Shown here piece after piece: positions 52,497 through 64,000 of a stretch of DNA of 64,000 bases (positions are counted from its first letter, which is position 1; each line of letters starts with the position of its first letter). Source of the stretch: Octopus sinensis (Eukaryota); the NCBI RefSeq assembly GCF_006345805.1, contig NC_043021.1:22754001-22818000 (forward strand). The letters run 5' to 3'. The position numbers and the translations under genes were made by a program. Under the pieces are notes generated by a model that made no database searches, was not told the origin of the DNA, and saw only the letters and a program-made list of their open reading frames with translations.

Positions 52497-53010
52497 CCAT
52501 CACCACGCTCGCTCTTTCTCTCGCTGTCACCATCTCCATCCCCCTTTTCTCTCCCTCTCTCTGCGTTGATAAAAGAAGTAGTGAAGTAAATTTTAAAGCC
52601 ATTTCTATTAATTAATCCCAGTGCCCGATGGTATTTTCCTTTTAAAAATCGTCAGTGTATCACGTGAAGCCTCTAACATAAAGCTCCATTTTGCGAAATC
52701 AAAGCGACCCTAATCGAAGAATTAGTTTCGAAGATACAAAGCAGCGTGTGTGTGTGGGTGAGTGTGGGTGTCTGTGAGTTTGTGCATGCGTGTGTGCGTG
52801 TGTTTGCTTACATTCTCCTACAGCCTGCATATCTCGTTGGTCTACATGCTTCTGACCGCACACAACTTATAGATAATCCGTGCTAAACCTCCGCCAGGGA
52901 ATTGATCATAAGTGATTTTGTGAGAATACCTTTACCTATACTGATCGCTAAAAGACGCGTTGGCAAATATAAAAGAAAATAGAAAGTTACAATATCCCAT
53001 AGAGTACCTA

Positions 53011-53295
53011 TGAAAGTGTGTTGCTCAGTATATAGAGCATCGTACTCATAATCATGATGTGGTGAGTTCGAATCTCGGACCGGGTTGTGTGTTGAGTTCT
53101 TCAGTTGTCACCTCATTTCACGTTGCTCCAGTTCACTCAATTGTAGAAATGAATTGCAGTATGCCTGAGTCTATCTGCCTTTGCCTTCCCCCTGGATTAC
53201 AGCTGTGGCATTGGGAAGGGGCCTTGGTCATCTATAAACAACCTCCCCGCGCTTGTGCCTCGGAAGGTAACATTCTAGGTGAAATCCCTTGTTCA
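53011..53295 (+). mobile_element. SINE family D (tRNA head + CORE-like domain)
   Basis: gtgagttcgaatctcggacc...tttcacgttgctccagttcactca...; homologous to 56319-56888. Confidence 0.75.
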
Positions 53296-53934
53296 TTTAT
53301 TACACCTTTTTATCTGAGTGGAAATAACTTTACGAATGAACTCCTCTTTGATTTGGAATGGCGCAAGAATAGACGAATTCTTCAAACACAAGACGAATTT
53401 TTGGAAATGAAACCAAAGGTAAAAAATGAAGCAAGATTGCTGAATAATATCTGTATACATAAATGGTCTCACTTGTAAACTCCGAATAAAGTCTAATGAC
53501 GGTTGCTTCTGATAGAACTCTATTTAGGAGATTCCTGACAACTCTAACCAAACGACGCTCCCCCCCCCCCCAGAATAATTGACGGAAAAAAGAGCTTATG
53601 GATGAGGAGACAATCAAACATTTCCTTTGTTTCGTTTTTAATTCCAACGCTGCAGACAATAGAACGGCCGTATTTCGTGGTTCTGCTTTTTAGTTAAAGC
53701 TACAGAAACGTGACTATGAATACGAATGACAAATATCAAATTTACAAGCACTATAGAAATCGTGGAAAGAATCAAACCAGCATCGTCGATATATGATCGC
53801 AGATACTCGCTTTGCAAGCAAATTAAAATGAGCTTCGGGTCCAATCCCACACTATGCAATTTTTTTTTACTCCTTCCTCCTACATCGTTTAGTCGATTTT
53901 GTTGAAACTTGACACGTGAGTAGAACTTATTGTG

Positions 53935-54150
53935 CCATGCCTGGTTCATACGGGCCGGTTTCCCGGTCTCATTGTCGTTTAGGTTCCACACTGCGATGGG
54001 GCGCCGTTCCGTTGCAGGTGAGCTGAGAGATGCAGGAGGAAAGAGTTAAGGAAAGTTTTGGCGAAAGAGACAGCAGAAGTTTGCCATAACTTCTATCGGA
54101 GATTCGAACCCGCTGCTCTAACAACAAGATCATGTTCATCCACTCAGCTT
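53935..54150 (-). mobile_element. Family A-related SINE variant
   Basis: ggaggaaagagttaaggaaagttttggcgaaagagacagcag is the reverse complement of the family A pyrimidine-rich middle; gagattcgaacccg is a reversed B-box. Confidence 0.65.
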
Positions 54151-54827
54151 TTTATTTAATTACAGTCAATTATGATTTGTAATACATGACTCACCTATTA
54201 GCGATGAAAATACTTCTCTTCCATATAATGTAATGTGTGATCTTGTGCTTCCATGTAGAGCTGGATAAAGAGAGACAGTTACAAATGATAGACAAAATTC
54301 CGATTGGTAATTAATAAGGTGTAAACAATAAAAAATCCAAGAAATGCTGTGCCGGGTAACTTGCATGTCGTTAAAATGAAATGGATTATAAAGAGATTGG
54401 CGTTTCAAGTAAACACTTCATCAAAATAAGATAGGAAGCAAAGTTAAAAGAGCAAGGAAAGTAATGGTTTTTCTTATATATGTGTGTATCTATCAGTTAC
54501 ATACAGTAACAGTATGCCAAATTTCGTAAATATGTTCTACATGAGAGCGATTGTATCACTTCGCCATCCGTCTTTAAGAATCACTTGACTAGCCCGGACC
54601 AATAAATTATATTGTTCGTCTGTGAGCTGAGATACCTCATCTGTACAAACAACGATTGTCGTTGATGTCAGTAGTTTGTTAAATGCAGTGGTCTTTTACA
54701 GTTTATTGAGTGTTCATTCGCAGAGCGTCATGTAATATTGGCCATCGACTAAAAAAAGTTTACTCCAAAGTAGTTCACGCCTACCATACTTCATCCCATG
54801 ATTCCAACGTACCCTACCTCTGGCGGT

Positions 54828-55216
54828 AGTGGAAGCGCAATTGCCCAGTGGTTAGGGCAGCGGACTCGCGGTCATAGGATCGCCGTTTCGATTCCCAGAC
54901 CGGGCGTTGTGAGTGTTTATTGAGCGAAAACACCTAAAAGCTCCACGAGGCTCCGGCAGGGGGTGGTGGTGATCCCTGCTGTACTCTTTCACCACAACTT
55001 TCTCTCACTCTTTCTTCCTGTTTCTGTTGTACCTGTATTTCAAAGGGCCGGCCTTGTCACTCTCTGTGTCACGCTGAATATCCCCGAGAACTACGTTAAG
55101 GGTACACGTGTCTGTGGAGTGCTCAGCCACTTACACGTTAATTTCAGGAGCAAGCTGTTCCGTTGATTCGGATCAACCGGAAACCTCGTCGTCGTGACCG
55201 ACGGGGTGCTTCCAAT
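54828..55216 (+). mobile_element. SINE family A, young full-length copy
   Basis: Near-identical to 45647-46046; exact 10-bp TSD CTCTGGCGGT (54818-54827 / 55217-55226). Confidence 0.95.
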
Positions 55217-56098
55217 CTCTGGCGGTTACATGCTACGCAGATGTGCGCTGGCAACCTGACACGTACTAACTCGCCGGGTGAAAGTAGATGTCACAATAGT
55301 GGCAACGTGGTTGTTGCACAGACCTGAAAACCCCAGAACTGCCAATCCAAGGACCCTTGGATTCATGCACTTTAAAGTTGCACCCTAAGCAGATTATCAC
55401 TCCTTCCAATTAAGGTATCGAAACCCTTGATGCTGAGACCAAAATAGATTTAATAATAAAATTTAGTACAATATTTATGGTAAATTTGACACTCGGTATT
55501 TCGTTTGATTCACCACACATTAAAAACCGAAAACGTACAAGAAATATCAGAAAAATTAAATAAAAAGGAATAATTACACTTGAAATAATTCAGATGGTGT
55601 GAAAAAAATTAATATAATTGATAAGGTGAAACGAAAACTTCATTGACTAATGTAATTTCCAAAATAATTAGTTTACCTCCAACACACACTAAATTGCACG
55701 CGCACGCAAACATGTCTCTCTGTTCGTGCGTGTTTGTGTCTGTATGCATGTGTTGCTGTTTCGTTTTGTTTTTGTTTCGTTTCGGGAAATAAATGTTTTT
55801 CATTTCCTTTTTACTACCCTTGAACCAAGATATTATCTTAGTGTGCATTTCCATCACAAATAAAATTTATTGGTGACGACAACGGCAGAGATGAAAACAA
55901 TGAGGATGGCGGCGGGGAACACTGTGCAGGAGCGAGTCAAGAAAACTATCATTTTCATTTTTATTCATTTGGTAATTAATTTTGCAATTATTGTTATTGG
56001 AAATATCAGAAGATGCATCCCTAACAAGCTATCTGAAAGGTAACATTTTGCATTTGCATCTCTCTCTCTCTTTATCTCTCTCTCTTTATATATATATA

Positions 56099-56151
<53 letters not shown>

Positions 56152-56204
56152 CTGTAAGTAAAAGAGTATATATATATATATCTATATATATATATATATA
56201 TATC

Positions 56205-56242
<38 letters not shown>

Positions 56243-56283
56243 CTATCTATCTATATATATATATATCTCTGTAAGTAAAAGAG

Positions 56284-56318
<35 letters not shown>

Positions 56319-56321
<3 letters not shown>

Positions 56322-56888
56322 AAGGTGTATGGCTCAGTGGTTAGAGCGTCGAGGTTATATTTCTTTACTGCCCACAAGCGGCTACACACAGGGGGAACAA
56401 GCAAGGTCATACAAACGGATTAAGTCGATTACATCGACCCCAGTGCGTAACTGGTACTTAATTTATTGACTCCGAAAGAAAGAAAGGCAAAGCCGACCTC
56501 GGCGGAATTTGAATTCAGAATGTAACAGCAGACGAAATACGGCTACGCATTTCGCCCGGCGTGCTAACGTCTCTGCCGTCTCGCCGCCGAGGTTGTGAGT
56601 TCGATACCCAGACCAGGGCTCCGTATTGTGTTTTGGAGCAAGACACTTTATTTCACGTTGCTCCACTGAAATCAGCCGTAGAAATGAGTTGCGACATCAC
56701 TGGTGCCAAGCTGTATCGGCCCCTTTGCCTTTCCCATGGATAACATCAGTGGTGTGGAGAGAGAACACTGGTTTGCATGGTCGACTGCTGGCCTTCCACA
56801 AACAACCTTCACCGGACTTGTGGCTCGGAGGGTAACTTTCTAGGTGCAATCCCATGGTCATACATGACCGAAGGGGGTGGGGTCTCCA
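56319..56888 (+). mobile_element. SINE family D with a nested family B SINE in its tRNA head
   Basis: A-box tggctcagtggttagagc precedes the insertion; B-box gagttcgataccc and CORE-like ttggagcaagacactttatttcac follow it. Confidence 0.9.
56357..56588 (-). mobile_element. SINE family B, full-length, nested
   Basis: Complete head-to-tail match to 24369-24600; flanked by the direct repeat GAGGTT (56351-56356 / 56589-56594). Confidence 0.95.
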
Positions 56889-56964
56889 TACATATATACG
56901 TGTATGTATGCATGTGTGTGTGAGTATGTGTATATGTGTCTGTGTATACAAAAACATATATTCT

Positions 56965-57045
56965 CATTGTGACAGATGAAGGAATACCCATTGTACGGAT
57001 ATGCTAGCGTATCACTTGGGATATCCCAGAAACAGCTGTAAGACC
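56965..57045 (+). ncRNA. Degenerate hammerhead-ribozyme-like motif
   Basis: CAGATGA-A-GGAATACCC...GGGATATCCC-A-GAAAC-AGCT-GT-A: palindromic stem III loop and GUA site; stem I is mismatched and U4 is mutated. Confidence 0.4.
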
Positions 57046-58014
57046 TCAAATTAACCTTACCCTAATTAAATCATAAAAGATTTAAGATACTCGTCCTGCC
57101 TTGGATTTTGTTGTCCTTTTCCCTGTAATACATATATGATGGCATCACACATTTATGGAATCATTACTTTCCAGAAAATCTGCTCTAATTCTTGTTCACG
57201 AAATACCGATTTTTCCGTTGATTTCCCTATACGTTTTCTAATATCGGAAACATATTTCACGTTACGAAAATCCTGACAACTGTAAAACTTCCAATTTGAC
57301 GTCTTTTCATCGTTATTTCTGAAATCGTTCTCCAGTTTCCTTGTTAGGATTAAACGATAGACTTTGCGTGGTAGTATTTCCCAGGGCTGAATTTAAACGA
57401 TGATATCAACCTCAAGAAAAATATATACTCGCTTTATGTTTGTTCAATTGCTAAGCTTCGTTTCATTATATATCATACTCTATATGTATATACCGCTGTA
57501 GTGTAATGTGTGTGTATGTGAATACCTCTGTGAGTGTTGATGTCTTACAGAGATGCTATTATAAACAAAATATATCTGATAACTTAATCATTATATCAAT
57601 GATAAATTTCACATTCGACCTTTCGTTTGTGTCTATACAACATTCTTGACAGATTTTTGTTGAAGAAACGCTAGAAAAATATATTATAAAAAATTATCAT
57701 TACATTTGAAATAATGCAGATGTTGTAGAGAATACAATATTATTAATAAGACGAAATAAAAATGTTATAAGCAACATTTATTTTCACAAATTATTTTCAT
57801 CTTGAATATAACTAAACATACTATATATGCATGCACATATGTGCAGTGTCTGTGTGTATGTACGTCATCAGAGACACATCTGTACAACTGTACGCCATAG
57901 TCATCGCAGGAATATACGTATACATATGGATACATACATACATACGTGTATATACATATATATATATATATATAATATATATATATATATATTATATATA
58001 TATATATATACAGT

Positions 58015-58058
<44 letters not shown>

Positions 58059-58534
58059 GAGAGAGAGAGAAAGAGTTTGATTTTAATTTATTTTAATTTT
58101 TCTTTTATTTCGTGCTTTGGAAATAAAAAATCATGATTGTCTGATTGCGCATTTCGAAATGGACAAGCGACAATAAAATAAACCATCTACATTAAAACCG
58201 GTTGCCATATTGTTCAACATCGACGTGCAGGCGAATATATATTATTAGCTGTATAGCTGCGTATATTTCGTAGACTGTAGGTTAGGTGGCTATTAACATC
58301 GATAAACTAATATTGCTGCTGATACGAAGATGATGATGAGAGGATGGATGGTTAGTGGGTGAACGGGGACCACTAGAAGATCAAATGTGAGATTTTATGG
58401 TGTCATCAATTGAAACCAGTAAAAGCTTTAATCTGTAAGACAACAAACTATTATTTTGCAGAGGTGAAGTTACCAATATTGACTGTGCTTACAATAGAAG
58501 TTGTCAAAAATAATATTATGCTTGTATATAATAA

Positions 58535-58720
58535 TCTGTTCTATTCTAGGCACAACGCCAGGAATTTTGGGGGCCGGAGCCAGTCGATTTTATTGACCAC
58601 CGTACGCAAAAGGAACTTCATTTATAGACCCTGAAATGATGAAAGGCAAAGTCGACCACGGCGGAATTTGAAGTCACAACGTAAAGACGGTGTGCTAACT
58701 TTTCTGCCAGTTCGCCGCCT
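58535..58720 (-). mobile_element. SINE family B variant (aaaattcc..gccttgtgcc tail) with TSD
   Basis: TSD tgcttgtatataataa / tgcttgtgtataataa (58519-58534 / 58721-58736); part of the head is deleted. Confidence 0.9.
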
Positions 58721-59269
58721 TGCTTGTGTATAATAACTGTTATCAGCTTCCCACAAGATCGGAATTTGTGCTTGTGTGTATGCGTCCGTGCGTGTGTGTG
58801 TGTGTTTATTTGTGTGTGACAATCGCTAAAAAAGTTGCGTTCATCTTATTACTATAACCCACGAGATATGAAGAGGTTTCATCTGAACTTCATGACAATG
58901 TGTTGCTCATACACACGCTTTTGTTGATAATCATAGTGTTATATGTTGGCTGTGAATGTTACATCACTGTACAAGTACATCTGATTCAATAAAAATAATG
59001 CCCATAATCCTTCTATTTTAAGTTGGCGTAAATTGGTTCATCCAGGTGCCATAAGCATCAAATCCCTAAGATTTGAAAATGTATTCGTACCCCTGATTGA
59101 TTGCATTCGGAGTATTCAACTGAATTTCCTCTCCTATTTCTGTAAACTGAAGCCTTTCTGGCTTTTATGTTGATCGGCATATACGATAATAGAAACATTT
59201 GAATACCTATATTTTGGACAGGTTTCTGATAAGTTCCCCATACATATTATATATATATATATCTATATA

Positions 59270-59465
59270 CTTTATTTAAAGCAGCAGAAAATTCTACAAA
59301 ACCTGTTACTCTGAGTTTTACGTTCTCGTTCGTCGGACAGTTTTTGCAAACAGAGTAACAGGTTTTATTGAATTTTCTGCTGCTTTAAATAAAGCATATT
59401 ACTCTACCACTGGTATTTGAGTACTCTTTTTTCCACCTTGTTTCACATTTATGTGTTTACTCCGG
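59270..59465. mobile_element. Fold-back repeat (44-bp arms, 37-nt spacer) containing a hammerhead-like core
   Basis: Arms 59270-59313 and 59351-59394 match at 42/44 positions; flanked by (TA)n. Confidence 0.85.
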
Positions 59466-59540
59466 TACATATATATATATATATATGATGATGATTTCTT
59501 TTGAATGAAACAGTTCTAGTCCTGTAGAAGCTCCTTCTAT

Positions 59541-59592
<52 letters not shown>

Positions 59593-59594
59593 TA

Positions 59595-59700
59595 CGAAAG
59601 GTTTATGAAACGTGTGGAGCCACTGCAAAAAAACTAAACATGGTACAAGATTTAAAGTTTCAAAGGCCTTGAAGGCTCAAAACTTTTCATACGCCCTTCA
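59595..59700. mobile_element. Short mariner-type MITE
   Basis: TA-cgaaaggtttatgaaacgt ... acttttcatacgcccttca-TA imperfect TIRs. Confidence 0.55.
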
Positions 59701-60858
59701 TATATATATTTAAATTTGAGCGTGTGTTCTTCTCGGTAAATATGTTTATGGAACTACATCCATTTAAATTATGTGTACACCACCTAATTACGTGTTGCTA
59801 CAGAATTTTACGTTTCAAATTGCATTTCTTTAACCTCAGTGCACACACATGCATTTACACACGAACGCAACACAAATCCGTACAGACATAGACGCTTTTG
59901 AAATATTGCGCTCCGCAACTCCCCTCCCGGGTTCTGTTTTACTCAAACTGGCAAATCTTCTAAAGTTAATCCTGCCACACACACAATTTGGGTAGAATGT
60001 GAGATTTTGGTACCAACATCAAGACCTTCATCTTCATCATAACCACCATACCAATCCGTCTCATAAGCATCAACGTCATCATAATCTCTTGACAACATTA
60101 ATTTTAATATTTAAGTTCGTATATTTATTATTTCACTACGGATGGGAAACCAGGTTCACTTGCTAATATTTGTAGATTTATTTCGTTCACAAAGTTGAAT
60201 TGTGACACTTAATGATGAATAATATTTTATGAAAAATTTCATCAGAAGAAAATACTATTTGAAAAAATAGAAATTAATGTAAACTGTCTGTAAATGACAT
60301 CTCTTGGAAAAACTTTTAGGAACGTAAGCTTCAAGAGGAAAGTAATTCTGGGAATCTTTTAATGATTTGAAGCTTTAATGTCTGCTCTGCATGTAGCAGC
60401 TGGCAAGAAGTGTATAGCTAGACTGTAGAGAACTGCTTATTCACACTAGCTGCAAATATTCAAATGTGAGATACGACTAAACGAATAGCTTCTTCTTCGA
60501 ACAAAACACACAAAATCACCGAGAAAAAAATAAATGAAATGAAGCCATTTTGGAACTGCAACACGACACAAAAAAAAATACAAATATTTCTTTTACTTTT
60601 ATTTGTTTTTTATATTTTTATTATTATTTTTGTATGTATCTCTATAGCATTCATTGCTACAATAGAAAAAAAATGTGAGGACGCAAGTGTTTGAACAGAT
60701 TTTTGCAAAACACGAAGAACTATCAGAAAACAAGAAATGTGATGACAGCGACACTTTACAGCAGAAACGTGTTAGTGACCAGGATGTCAGGAAATTTTAT
60801 TGCTGGATTTTCAATGTTATTTACCATTCTACCGCAACCTATTGAATGTAGTATTATC

Positions 60859-60971
<113 letters not shown>

Positions 60972-61507
60972 ATGCATATATATATATAGATTGGTAGATA
61001 GATATATTCTTTGGTAATCGTGTTCAGAACAATGTCTGCGTTAGACTTTTCAGCGAGTCAAAAGCACGGACAAAGTGTGAAGTTCTGAACCTCGTAAATA
61101 AGATTCACCGTGTTCGATACCAATTCGAAAAGCATTAAACAAGCATAATTTCAAATAAACGGTGTGAAAAGTAGAAGAGTTCGATAAGTAATTTTTTACC
61201 ATTTCTCCGTGTATGGCTTCCGTTAATTAACATTTTTTTTTACCTATGCTTCAGCGTTCTTGCAAAAGTACTTTTGATAGGATATGAAATCGCATGAGTA
61301 CTATTTTATAAGAGAAGATGTGATACGTGGTTTGATCGTTTTCTACCATCATAAATGAAGCACTATTTGTTTCTATAAATGGAACTAATGGAATGCACAT
61401 CATCCTGGGAAAAACAATGGCTTCAAATGCATATCCATGCAATTTTGTTTTCCACGTGGTCGTTAGTTACATAGAAACGGCATTGTTGCATGCGATATAT
61501 AGCATGG

Positions 61508-61673
61508 GAAGGGTGGCGAGCTGGTAGAAACGTTAGCACGCAGAGCTCGACTTTGCCTTTCATCGGTTCGGGGTCGATAAATAAAGTACAATTGTTTTTC
61601 GTCCTGGAGTCGATCCAATGGACTTGGCCACATCACCCCAAAATTCCGGGCCTTGTGCTTAGAATAGAAAATA
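61508..61673 (+). mobile_element. SINE family B variant, internally deleted, with TSD
   Basis: gtggcgagctggtagaaacgttagcacg head, gcctttcatcggttcggggtcgataaataaagtac core; TSD atatatagcatgg / atatatggcatgg. Confidence 0.9.
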
Positions 61674-61731
61674 ATATATGGCATGGCCTTTCAAAACTGT
61701 TGGCAGCCACTGCCTTCATAAATCCTCACCC

Positions 61732-61789
<58 letters not shown>

Positions 61790-62094
61790 CTATCTATCTA
61801 TCTATCTATCTATCTCTATCTCTGTACTATGTCCCCCTCACCACTCAAGGGCTTGCCACTCTCTCTCATGATCTTCGGATGCATAGGCTCCCTTGCTCTC
61901 ACCATCATCATTATCCTCATCATCATCACTACCATCATCGTCGCCATCGTCGTCGACATCGACGCTTTTAATATTCCTACAGGTCTTTACCTGGGCATGT
62001 TTCGACGGTTAATGAAACCGTACAACGAGTAGCAATTGAAAACCGGTTAGTTCAGTTAATCTACACGACCACACTGCTGCTTGCCGCTGCGACT

Positions 62095-62320
<226 letters not shown>

Positions 62321-62639
62321 CTACTCGTTATTATCATTAGTAAGTTTTGTCTTGCTAAACTCAAAAACACTTTCCTGTGTTGAAAGCGGTTTACAGTCAG
62401 AAACAAAAGAACTGTTCGGCAATATTCATCAATAGGAAAAGCAACTTAAATATTAAATTTTGCTCTCCGAATCCACGGTACAAAGCTGGAGAGCATAACG
62501 ATTCTGTGTGTCTTCTTGCGATACAATATCGATCACTGGGTTATCCTGTGTGTATATGTAGTTATTTCAAACATGTAGAAGTGGGTCCCCAAAATATACT
62601 TCAATCGCTCAAATTAAATGATAACGTCAAAATAAAGAT

Positions 62640-62852
62640 TCCCAAATCGGGCGTTGTGAGTGTTTATTGAGCGAAAACACCTAAAGCTCCACGATGCTCC
62701 GGCAGGGGCTAGCGGCGAAACCTGCAGTACCCTTTCACCCCAAATGTCTCTCACTCTTTCTTCCTGTTTCTCGGTCTACCTGTATTTCAAAGCGACAGCC
62801 TTGTCATACTCTGTGTGTCGCTGAATCTACCCGAGAACTACGTAAATGGTAC
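62640..62852 (+). mobile_element. SINE family A, truncated
   Basis: cgggcgttgtgagtgtttattgagcgaaaacacctaaagctccacg...cccgagaactacgt. Confidence 0.9.
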
Positions 62853-62984
62853 ATTATTTTTCGTTGCTGCCATTGGTCATCCACAGCCTTATTCAGCGAC
62901 ATGATCGTATTTATATCAGCAGAAGTTGTCTGCCTCCTCATCGAGCTGTGAATAATGTAAGCGGTCCGTTTACAATTGTCTTAA

Positions 62985-63204
62985 CCCTTTTGTTACTGTA
63001 TTTATTTTGAGATGCTCTGTGTTTCTTTCAATTACTTTAAATATAACAAAGAATTTAGTAAAATAACTTAGTTATAATTAAGTTAGTGTTAGGAACATGA
63101 ATTGTGACTATGGTTTGGTGGAAGATTTTGATTCAAAACTTATGAAAACAAGACATTTGTACTCAGAACCAGAGCTGGTTTCAGCCGGGTTGGTAACGAA
63201 AGGG
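62985..63204. mobile_element. piggyBac-type MITE (220 bp)
   Basis: TTAA on both sides (62981-62984, 63205-63208); TIRs cccttttgttac / gtaacgaaaggg; CCC...GGG termini. Confidence 0.85.
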
Positions 63205-63924
63205 TTAAAGAGTAACGTAACTTATTCTAAGAGATTGAGAAGAGATAGCAAATAATCTATAGTTGTCCTTGACTTGTGTTCTATTTATCAATTCAGGATG
63301 GGACTGAAGCCAAAATCAGCCGCGCAGGATTCGAAACACTGCGCGAAAACCCGACGCATTAACGATTCTCACTGTTCTCTACACGAACAAGTTTTATATT
63401 GCTGGTAATTAATTTAACTACCACGGAATATTGGTGAATATTACATTGAAACCCTGTGAGAAATGAACGCACATCAATGATTGACCGAACAAAATATCAT
63501 AAATGCATTTAGTCTGACATTCACTGCCAACCTCCTCTTCTCTACAAGTATTATCTTGTGTGTGAAATATTGTCGATCGATTCCTAGAAACGTTGCTTCA
63601 ATTCCCAGAGTATAAGAGACGAATATTCAATAAAGCATCCAGTCAAATCTATAAACATTTCTGACAGATGCGATGTTCAACTGTCATGATAATATTGTCA
63701 AGTCGTAGAGCAATTAAAGTTTTGTTTGGTTCGAAAAGCTTAATGTTACTGTAAGTTGGCCTTTCCTGTTGGCAAACTGTGTCAAACCGCTCTTTACTCT
63801 CCGATGGTAAACCGTTTTCGACACTGAAACCATGTCTTGTATGACTTTATATAAAAAAAAATTAATAATAATTACTAATGTTAATACGTAAAAATATACC
63901 AGCACGGTAGTGGTCGAGCTGATG

Positions 63925-63926
63925 AG

Positions 63927-64000
<74 letters not shown>
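63925..64000. repeat. (ATT)n(AGT)n microsatellite
   Basis: Direct inspection. Confidence 0.95.

Noticed and set aside
53319-53418. Exon candidate GNNFTNELLFDLEWRKNRRILQTQDEFLEMKPK with AAG|gtaaaa donor
   Set aside because: Weak acceptor directly after a SINE tail, no recognisable homology, no partner exons.
60666-60845. Charged open frame QVFEQIFAKHEELSENKKCDDSD...
   Set aside because: No start codon or convincing splice sites; open frames of this length occur by chance across six frames.

Overview
AT-rich, repeat-saturated eukaryotic DNA, intronic or intergenic, with no protein-coding gene that I can identify with confidence. The tRNA-derived SINE families and dense (TA)n/(CA)n/(ATAG)n/(ATT)n microsatellites look like an octopus (coleoid cephalopod) genome; this is recognition-based inference. 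Contents: four tRNA-headed SINE families (labelled A-D here), several with clear target-site duplications (TSDs), nesting or tandem multimers; degenerate R4/Dong-type non-LTR retrotransposon fragments; dead mariner, DD37D (maT), Tc1-like, hAT and possibly Harbinger transposase remnants; and piggyBac-, hAT-, pogo- and mariner-type MITEs. The most interesting signal is a set of unrelated short repeats next to microsatellites that carry minimal type-I hammerhead-ribozyme-like cores (11.25 kb, 28.8-29.0 kb with three copies, 57.0 kb, 59.3 kb). Two of these loci (28.8 and 59.3 kb) are head-to-head fold-backs, as expected for Penelope-like-element pseudo-LTR derivatives. Every copy here has core mutations, so activity is unproven. 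Also notable: SINE concatemers with one fixed palindromic junction, a 168-bp spacerless palindrome, and three diverged copies of a 0.5-0.8 kb module at 50-58 kb. Almost all supplied ORFs are translations of microsatellites or SINEs. All alignments and folds were done by eye, and coordinates of degenerate elements are approximate.
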